Below, piece after piece: positions 54,894 through 64,000 of a DNA stretch of 64,000 nt. A program made the translations under genes and the position numbers. Each line of letters begins with the position of its first letter. The first letter of the stretch is position 1. The notes below the pieces were generated by a model. It worked only from the letters and a program-made list of their open reading frames with translations, did no database searches and had not been told where the DNA came from. The DNA lies in the NCBI RefSeq assembly GCF_009914755.1, contig NC_060937.1. The stretch is one strand, 5' to 3'. This DNA comes from the human T2T-CHM13v2.0 reference genome, Homo sapiens.

Positions 54894-57800
54894 CCACATC
54901 CAGATACTCCAGAAAGAGTGTTTCAAACCTGCTCTATGAAAGGGAATCTTCAACTCTATGAGTTGAATGCAGACATCAGAAAGAAATTTCTGAGAATGCT
55001 GCTGTCTACCTTTTATTTGAATTCCCGCTTCCAACGAAATCCTCCAAGCTATCCAAATATCCACTTGCAGATTCCACAAAAAGAGTGTTTCAAAACTGCT
55101 CTCTATCAATGGCAAAGTTCAACTCTGTTAGTTGAGGACACATATCACCAACAAGTTTCTGAGAATGCTTCTGTCTATTTTTTATGGGAAGATATTTCCT
55201 TTTTCACCGTAGGCGTCAAGGCGATCGAAATGTCCACTTCCACAAACTACAAAAAGAGTGTTTCAAACCTGCTCTATGAAAGGCCATGTTCATCTCTATG
55301 AGTCGAATGGAAATATCCGAAAGAAATTTCTGGGAATGCTGCTGTCTAGTTTTTATACGAATTCCCGCTTCCAACGAAATCCTCAAAGCAATCCAAATAT
55401 CCACTTGCAGAATCCACAAAAAGAGTGTTTCAAAACTGCTCTATCAATAGAAAGGTTCAACTCTTTTAGTTGAGTACACACATCACAAACAAGTTTCTGA
55501 GAATGCTTCTGTCTGGCTTTTATTGGAAGACGTTTCCTTTTCACCAAAGGCATCAAAGCGCTCCAAATGTCCACTTCCAGATTCTTCCAAAAGAGTGTTT
55601 GAAACGTGCTCAAAGTAAGGGAATGTTCAACTCTGTGACTTGAATGCAGATATCACCAAGTAGTTTCTAATAGTGCTTCTGTCTAGATTTTAGATGATGA
55701 TATTCCCGTTTCCAACGAAATCGTTAGAGCTATCCAAATATCCACTTACAGTTGCTACAAAAACAGTGTTTCCAAACTGCTGCATCAAAAGAAAGGTTCA
55801 ACTCTGTTAGTTGAGGACACACGTCACAAAGAAGTTTGTGAGAATGCTTCTGTCTAGATTTTGTATGACGATATTCCCTTTTCCAACGATATCATTAAAG
55901 CAATCTAAATATCCATTTGCAGAATCCACAAAAATAGAGTTTCAAAGCTGCTCTGTAAAAAGAAAGGTTCCACTCTGTTAGCTGAGTACACACATCACAA
56001 ACTTGTTTCTCAGAATCCTTCTGTCTCGTTTTTATGGGAAGATATTTACTTTTTCACCGTAGGCATCAAAGCGCTCCAAATGTCCACATCCAGATACTCC
56101 AGAAAGAGTGTTTCAAACCTGCTCTATGAAAGGGAATCTTCAACTCTATGAGTTGAATGCAGACATCAGAAAGAAATTTCTGAGAATGCTGCTGTCTACC
56201 TTTTATTTGAATTCCCGCTTCCAACGAAATCCTCCAAGCTATCCAAATATCCACTTGCAGATTCCACAAAAAGAGTGTTTCAAAACTGCTCTCTATCAAT
56301 GGCAAAGTTCAACTCTGTTAGTTGAGGACACATATCACCAACAAGTTTCTGAGAATGCTTCTGTCTATTTTTTATGGGAAGATATTTCCTTTTTCACCGT
56401 AGGCGTCAAGGCGATCGAAATGTCCACTTCCACAAACTACAAAAAGAGTGTTTCAAACCTGCTCTATGAAAGGCCATGTTCATCTCTATGAGTCGAATGG
56501 AAATATCCGAAAGAAATTTCTGGGAATGCTGCTGTCTAGTTTTTATACGAATTCCCGCTTCCAACGAAATCCTCAAAGCAATCCAAATATCCACTTGCAG
56601 AATCCACAAAAAGAGTGTTTCAAAACTGCTCTATCAATAGAAAGGTTCAACTCTTTTAGTTGAGTACACACATCACAAACAAGTTTCTGAGAATGCTTCT
56701 GTCTGGCTTTTATTGGAAGACGTTTCCTTTTCACCAAAGGCATCAAAGCGCTCCAAATGTCCACTTCCAGATTCTTCCAAAAGAGTGTTTGAAACGTGCT
56801 CAAAGTAAGGGAATGTTCAACTCTGTGACTTGAATGCAGATATCACCAAGTAGTTTCTAATAGTGCTTCTGTCTAGATTTTAGATGATGATATTCCCGTT
56901 TCCAACAAAATCGTTAGAGCTATCCAAATATCCACTTACAGTTTCTACAAAAAGAGTGTTTCCAAACTGCTGCATCAAAAGAAAGGTTCAACTCTGTTAG
57001 TTGAGGACACACATCACAAAGAAGTTTGTGAGAATGCTTCTGTCTATATTTTGTATGACCATATTCCCTTTTCCAGCGATATCATTAAAGCAATCTAAAT
57101 ATCCATTTGCAGAATCCACAAAAATAGAGTTTCAAAGCTGCTCTGTAAAAAGAAAGGTTCCACTCTGTTAGCTGAGTACACACATCACAAACTTGTTTCT
57201 CAGAATCCTTCTGTCTCGTTTTTCTGGGAAGATATTTACTTTTTCACCGTAGGCATCAAAGCGCTCCAAATGTCCACATCCAGATACTCCAGAAAGAGTG
57301 TTTCAAACCTGCTCTATGAAAGGGAATCTTCAACTCTATGAGTTGAATGCAGACATCAGAAAGAAATTTCTGAGAATGCTGCTGTCTACCTTTTATTTGA
57401 ATTCCCGCTTCCAACGAAATCCTCCAAGCTATCCAAATATCCACCTGCATTTTCCACAAAAAGAGCGTTTCAAAACTGCTCTATCAATAGAAATGTTCAA
57501 CTCCTTTGGCTGGGTACACACATCACAAACAAGTTTCTGAGAATGCTTCTGTCTAGTTTTTATGGGAAGACATTCCCTTTTTCACCAAAGGCATCAAAGC
57601 GCTCCAAATGTCCACTTCCAGACACTACAAAAAGAGTGTTTCCAACGTGCTCTAAGAAAGCGAATGTTCAACTCTGTGACTTGAATGCAGATATCACAAA
57701 GTAGTTTCTGAGAGGGCTTCTGTCTAGATTTTAGATGATGATATTCCCGTTTCCAACGAAATCATTAGAGCTATCCAAATATCCACTTACAGTTTCTACA

Positions 57801-60800
57801 AAAAGAGTGTTTCCAAACTGCTGCATCAAAAGAGAGGTTCCACTCTGTTAGCTGAGTACACACATCACAAACTTGTTTCTCAGAATCCTTCTGTCTCGTT
57901 TTTCTGGGAAGATATTTACTTTTTCACCGTAGGCATCAAAGCGCTCCAAATGTCCACATCCAGATACTCCAGAAAGAGTGTTTCAAACCTGCTCTATGAA
58001 AGGGAATCTTCAACTCTATGAGTTGAATGCAGACATCAGAAAGAAATTTCTGAGAATGCTGCTGTCTACCTTTTATTTGAATTCCCGCTTCCAACGAAAT
58101 CCTCCAAGCTATCCAAATATCCACTTGCAGATTCCACAAAAAGAGTGTTTCAAAACTGCTCTCTATCAATGGCAAAGTTCAACTCTGTTAGTTGAGGACA
58201 CATATCACCAACAAGTTTCTGAGAATGCTTCTGTCTGTTTTTTATGGGAAGATATTTCCTTTTTCACCGTAGGCGTCAAGGCGATCGAAATGTCCACTTC
58301 CACAAACTACAAAAAGAGTGTTTCAAACCTGCTCTATGAAAGGCCATGTTCATCTCTATGAGTCGAATGGAAATATCCGAAAGAAATTTCTGGGAATGCT
58401 GCTGTCTAGTTTTTATACGAATTCCCGCTTCCAACGAAATCCTCAAAGCAATCCAAATATCCACTTGCAGAATCCACAAAAAGAGTGTTTCAAAACTGCT
58501 CTATCAATAGAAAGGTTCAACTCTTTTAGTTGAGTACACACATCACAAACAAGTTTCTGAGAATGCTTCTGTCTGGCTTTTATTGGAAGACGTTTCCTTT
58601 TCACCAAAGGCATCAAAGCGCTCCAAATGTCCACTTCCAGATTCTTCCAAAAGAGTGTTTGAAACGTGCTCAAAGTAAGGGAATGTTCAACTCTGTGACT
58701 TGAATGCAGATATCACCAAGTAGTTTCTAATAGTGCTTCTGTCTAGATTTTAGATGATGATATTCCCGTTTCCAACGAAATCGTTAGAGCTATCCAAATA
58801 TCCACTTACAGTTGCTACAAAAACAGTGTTTCCAAACTGCTGCATCAAAAGAAAGGTTCAACTCTGTTAGTTGAGGACACACGTCACAAAGAAGTTTGTG
58901 AGAATGCTTCTGTCTAGATTTTGTATGACGATATTCCCTTTTCCAACGATATCATTAAAGCAATCTAAATATCCATTTGCAGAATCCACAAAAATAGAGT
59001 TTCAAAGCTGCTCTGTAAAAAGAAAGGTTCCACTCTGTTAGCTGAGTACACACATCACAAACTTGTTTCTCAGAATCCTTCTGTCTCGTTTTTCTGGGAA
59101 GATATTTACTTTTTCACCGTAGGCATCAAAGCGCTCCAAATGTCCACATCCAGATACTCCAGAAAGAGTGTTTCAAACCTGCTCTATGAAAGGGAATCTT
59201 CAACTCTATGAGTTGAATGCAGACATCAGAAAGAAATTTCTGAGAATGCTGCTGTCTACCTTTTATTTGAATTCCCGCTTCCAACGAAATCCTCCAAGCT
59301 ATCCAAATATCCACTTGCAGATTCCACAAAAAGAGTGTTTCAAAACTGCTCTCTATCAATGGCAAAGTTCAACTCTGTTAGTTGAGGACACATATCACCA
59401 ACAAGTTTCTGAGAATGCTTCTGTCTATTTTTTATGGGAAGATATTTCCTTTTTCACCGTAGGCGTCAAGGCGATCGAAATGTCCACTTCCACAAACTAC
59501 AAAAAGAGTGTTTCAAACCTGCTCTATGAAAGGCCATGTTCATCTCTATGAGTCGAATGGAAATATCCGAAAGAAATTTCTGGGAATGCTGCTGTCTAGT
59601 TTTTATACGAATTCCCGCTTCCAACGAAATCCTCAAAGCAATCCAAATATCCACTTGCAGAATCCACAAAAAGAGTGTTTCAAAACTGCTCTATCAATAG
59701 AAAGGTTCAACTCTTTTAGTTGAGTACACACATCACAAACAAGTTTCTGAGAATGCTTCTGTCTGGCTTTTATTGGAAGACGTTTCCTTTTCACCAAAGG
59801 CATCAAAGCGCTCCAAATGTCCACTTCCAGATTCTTCCAAAAGAGTGTTTGAAACGTGCTCAAAGTAAGGGAATGTTCAACTCTGTGACTTGAATGCAGA
59901 TATCACCAAGTAGTTTCTAATAGTGCTTCTGTCTAGATTTTAGATGATGATATTCCCGTTTCCAACGAAATCGTTAGAGCTATCCAAATATCCACTTACA
60001 GTTGCTACAAAAACAGTGTTTCCAAACTGCTGCATCAAAAGAAAGGTTCAACTCTGTTAGTTGAGGACACACGTCACAAAGAAGTTTGTGAGAATGCTTC
60101 TGTCTAGATTTTGTATGACGATATTCCCTTTTCCAACGATATCATTAAAGCAATCTAAATATCCATTTGCAGAATCCACAAAAATAGAGTTTCAAAGCTG
60201 CTCTGTAAAAAGAAAGGTTCCACTCTGTTAGCTGAGTACACACATCACAAACTTGTTTCTCAGAATCCTTCTGTCTCGTTTTTATGGGAAGATATTTACT
60301 TTTTCACCGTAGGCATCAAAGCGCTCCAAATGTCCACATCCAGATACTCCAGAAAGAGTGTTTCAAACCTGCTCTATGAAAGGGAATCTTCAACTCTATG
60401 AGTTGAATGCAGACATCAGAAAGAAATTTCTGAGAATGCTGCTGTCTACCTTTTATTTGAATTCCCGCTTCCAACGAAATCCTCCAAGCTATCCAAATAT
60501 CCACTTGCAGATTCCACAAAAAGAGTGTTTCAAAACTGCTCTCTATCAATGGCAAAGTTCAACTCTGTTAGTTGAGGACACATATCACCAACAAGTTTCT
60601 GAGAATGCTTCTGTCTATTTTTTATGGGAAGATATTTCCTTTTTCACCGTAGGCGTCAAGGCGATCGAAATGTCCACTTCCACAAACTACAAAAAGAGTG
60701 TTTCAAACCTGCTCTATGAAAGGCCATGTTCATCTCTATGAGTCGAATGGAAATATCCGAAAGAAATTTCTGGGAATGCTGCTGTCTAGTTTTTATACGA

Positions 60801-63800
60801 ATTCCCGCTTCCAACGAAATCCTCAAAGCAATCCAAATATCCACTTGCAGAATCCACAAAAAGAGTGTTTCAAAACTGCTCTATCAATAGAAAGGTTCAA
60901 CTCTTTTAGTTGAGTACACACATCACAAACAAGTTTCTGAGAATGCTTCTGTCTGGCTTTTATTGGAAGACGTTTCCTTTTCACCAAAGGCATCAAAGCG
61001 CTCCAAATGTCCACTTCCAGATTCTTCCAAAAGAGTGTTTGAAACGTGCTCAAAGTAAGGGAATGTTCAACTCTGTGACTTGAATGCAGATATCACCAAG
61101 TAGTTTCTAATAGTGCTTCTGTCTAGATTTTAGATGATGATATTCCCGTTTCCAACAAAATCGTTAGAGCTATCCAAATATCCACTTACAGTTTCTACAA
61201 AAAGAGTGTTTCCAAACTGCTGCATCAAAAGAAAGGTTCAACTCTGTTAGTTGAGGACACACATCACAAAGAAGTTTGTGAGAATGCTTCTGTCTATATT
61301 TTGTATGACCATATTCCCTTTTCCAGCGATATCATTAAAGCAATCTAAATATCCATTTGCAGAATCCACAAAAATAGAGTTTCAAAGCTGCTCTGTAAAA
61401 AGAAAGGTTCCACTCTGTTAGCTGAGTACACACATCACAAACTTGTTTCTCAGAATCCTTCTGTCTCGTTTTTCTGGGAAGATATTTACTTTTTCACCGT
61501 AGGCATCAAAGCGCTCCAAATGTCCACATCCAGATACTCCAGAAAGAGTGTTTCAAACCTGCTCTATGAAAGGGAATCTTCAACTCTATGAGTTGAATGC
61601 AGACATCAGAAAGAAATTTCTGAGAATGCTGCTGTCTACCTTTTATTTGAATTCCCGCTTCCAACGAAATCCTCCAAGCTATCCAAATATCCACCTGCAT
61701 TTTCCACAAAAAGAGCGTTTCAAAACTGCTCTATCAATAGAAATGTTCAACTCCTTTGGCTGGGTACACACATCACAAACAAGTTTCTGAGAATGCTTCT
61801 GTCTAGTTTTTATGGGAAGACATTCCCTTTTTCACCAAAGGCATCAAAGCGCTCCAAATGTCCACTTCCAGACACTACAAAAAGAGTGTTTCCAACGTGC
61901 TCTAAGAAAGCGAATGTTCAACTCTGTGACTTGAATGCAGATATCACAAAGTAGTTTCTGAGAGGGCTTCTGTCTAGATTTTAGATGATGATATTCCCGT
62001 TTCCAACGAAATCATTAGAGCTATCCAAATATCCACTTACAGTTTCTACAAAAAGAGTGTTTCCAAACTGCTGCATCAAAAGAGAGGTTCCACTCTGTTA
62101 GCTGAGTACACACATCACAAACTTGTTTCTCAGAATCCTTCTGTCTCGTTTTTCTGGGAAGATATTTACTTTTTCACCGTAGGCATCAAAGCGCTCCAAA
62201 TGTCCACATCCAGATACTCCAGAAAGAGTGTTTCAAACCTGCTCTATGAAAGGGAATCTTCAACTCTATGAGTTGAATGCAGACATCAGAAAGAAATTTC
62301 TGAGAATGCTGCTGTCTACCTTTTATTTGAATTCCCGCTTCCAACGAAATCCTCCAAGCTATCCAAATATCCACTTGCAGATTCCACAAAAAGAGTGTTT
62401 CAAAACTGCTCTCTATCAATGGCAAAGTTCAACTCTGTTAGTTGAGGACACATATCACCAACAAGTTTCTGAGAATGCTTCTGTCTGTTTTTTATGGGAA
62501 GATATTTCCTTTTTCACCGTAGGCGTCAAGGCGATCGAAATGTCCACTTCCACAAACTACAAAAAGAGTGTTTCAAACCTGCTCTATGAAAGGCCATGTT
62601 CATCTCTATGAGTCGAATGGAAATATCCGAAAGAAATTTCTGGGAATGCTGCTGTCTAGTTTTTATACGAATTCCCGCTTCCAACGAAATCCTCAAAGCA
62701 ATCCAAATATCCACTTGCAGAATCCACAAAAAGAGTGTTTCAAAACTGCTCTATCAATAGAAAGGTTCAACTCTTTTAGTTGAGTACACACATCACAAAC
62801 AAGTTTCTGAGAATGCTTCTGTCTGGCTTTTATTGGAAGACGTTTCCTTTTCACCAAAGGCATCAAAGCGCTCCAAATGTCCACTTCCAGATTCTTCCAA
62901 AAGAGTGTTTGAAACGTGCTCAAAGTAAGGGAATGTTCAACTCTGTGACTTGAATGCAGATATCACCAAGTAGTTTCTAATAGTGCTTCTGTCTAGATTT
63001 TAGATGATGATATTCCCGTTTCCAACGAAATCGTTAGAGCTATCCAAATATCCACTTACAGTTGCTACAAAAACAGTGTTTCCAAACTGCTGCATCAAAA
63101 GAAAGGTTCAACTCTGTTAGTTGAGGACACACGTCACAAAGAAGTTTGTGAGAATGCTTCTGTCTAGATTTTGTATGACGATATTCCCTTTTCCAACGAT
63201 ATCATTAAAGCAATCTAAATATCCATTTGCAGAATCCACAAAAATAGAGTTTCAAAGCTGCTCTGTAAAAAGAAAGGTTCCACTCTGTTAGCTGAGTACA
63301 CACATCACAAACTTGTTTCTCAGAATCCTTCTGTCTCGTTTTTCTGGGAAGATATTTACTTTTTCACCGTAGGCATCAAAGCGCTCCAAATGTCCACATC
63401 CAGATACTCCAGAAAGAGTGTTTCAAACCTGCTCTATGAAAGGGAATCTTCAACTCTATGAGTTGAATGCAGACATCAGAAAGAAATTTCTGAGAATGCT
63501 GCTGTCTACCTTTTATTTGAATTCCCGCTTCCAACGAAATCCTCCAAGCTATCCAAATATCCACTTGCAGATTCCACAAAAAGAGTGTTTCAAAACTGCT
63601 CTCTATCAATGGCAAAGTTCAACTCTGTTAGTTGAGGACACATATCACCAACAAGTTTCTGAGAATGCTTCTGTCTATTTTTTATGGGAAGATATTTCCT
63701 TTTTCACCGTAGGCGTCAAGGCGATCGAAATGTCCACTTCCACAAACTACAAAAAGAGTGTTTCAAACCTGCTCTATGAAAGGCCATGTTCATCTCTATG

Positions 63801-64000
63801 AGTCGAATGGAAATATCCGAAAGAAATTTCTGGGAATGCTGCTGTCTAGTTTTTATACGAATTCCCGCTTCCAACGAAATCCTCAAAGCAATCCAAATAT
63901 CCACTTGCAGAATCCACAAAAAGAGTGTTTCAAAACTGCTCTATCAATAGAAAGGTTCAACTCTTTTAGTTGAGTACACACATCACAAACAAGTTTCTGA
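54894..64000. repeat. Tandem super-HOR duplication, period 4250 bp (7-7-4-7), at least 2 copies, running off the window end
   Basis: Rare variants at an exact 4250 offset: 56907/61157, 57047/61297, 58237/62487. Confidence 0.88.

Larger units (their letters stand above)
1..64000 (-). repeat. Centromeric alpha-satellite HOR array, SF2-type dimeric, probably D13Z1/D21Z1 (chr13/21 11-mer family with 7-mer and 4-mer structural variants)
   Basis: Tandem ~170-bp AT-rich monomers throughout. The reverse complement reads as alphoid consensus (CATTCTCAGAAACTTGTTTGTGATGTGTG..., GTTTTGAAACACTCTTTTTG). CENP-B-box and pJalpha monomers alternate. Periods of 1190 and 680 bp account for the length exactly: 43x1190 + 18x680 - 17 bp of observed deletions = 63393 = distance from first to last unit start. 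Alpha-satellite identity is secure; the chromosome assignment rests on recalled sequence and geometry and is less certain (~0.75). Confidence 0.98.

Noticed and set aside
25-63973. Hundreds of recurring 67-127 aa ORFs on both strands (MFQTCSMKG..., MWILQVDIW..., MSTFQTLFW..., MPLIESSF...)
   Set aside because: They are translations of alpha-satellite monomers. They overlap on both strands, many begin at non-ATG codons (e.g. GTG in gaGTGttt), they have no recognisable domain, and they recur only because the DNA repeats. I used them only as phase markers.
1-64000. CRISPR-like or other repeat-spacer array
   Set aside because: There are no unique spacers, since the sequence between conserved motifs is itself repeated, and there are no cas or other genes.
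1-64000. A novel encoded system, or a 'code' in the order of 7- and 4-mers
   Set aside because: The order is adequately explained by nested tandem duplications traced by shared SNVs. Nothing supports an information-bearing function, and no non-alphoid sequence is present.
1-64000. Transposon insertion, inversion or assembly gap
   Set aside because: Cassette lengths sum exactly to the window with only 17 bp of small deletions, CENP-B boxes keep one orientation, and there are no Ns, poly-A tails or target-site duplications.
1-64000. Assignment to D8Z2 or D9Z4, which also have 4/7/11-mer variants
   Set aside because: Not formally excluded. The recalled chr13/21 sequence (minus-strand GAATTCAAATAAAAGGTAGACAGCAGCATTCTCAG..., 680-bp EcoRI unit, five boxes per 11-mer) fits better. 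A BLAST or HumAS-HMMER run would decide.

Overview
The whole 64-kb window is one uninterrupted, single-orientation primate (almost certainly human) centromeric alpha-satellite higher-order-repeat (HOR) array. The conventional alphoid consensus lies on the minus strand. I see no genes, RNA genes, transposons, CRISPR arrays, inversions or gaps, and all listed ORFs are artefacts of the repeat. The array is built from two cassettes of ~170-bp monomers: a 7-mer (1190 bp; 43 complete plus 1 partial) and a 4-mer (680 bp; 18 copies). Together 7+4 gives an 11-mer of 1870 bp with 5 CENP-B boxes. The A/B dimeric organisation, the 11/7/4 geometry and my recollection of the sequence point to the suprachromosomal family 2 HOR shared by chromosomes 13 and 21 (D13Z1/D21Z1). 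The 7-mer excess fits D13Z1 better, but this needs an alignment to confirm. Cassette order: 7 7 4 | 7 4 | 7 7 4 | 7 7 7 7 4 | 7 7 4* | 7 7 4 4' | 7 7 7 4* | 7 7 7 4 4' | 7 7 7 4* | 7 7 7 4* | 7 7 7 7 4 | 7 4 | 7 7 4 | 7 4 | 7 7 7 7 7 7 4 | 7 7 7 4 | 7 7(partial). I found no new protein-coding or RNA system. The interesting signal is architectural: a single base that predicts which cassette follows, marker-supported super-HOR duplications (9176, 4930, 4250, 4248 bp), a nested haplotype domain with a divergent 4-mer lineage, a few broken CENP-B boxes, a palindrome in a dead CENP-B box, and a small hypervariable site. All variants were read by eye and should be confirmed by alignment.
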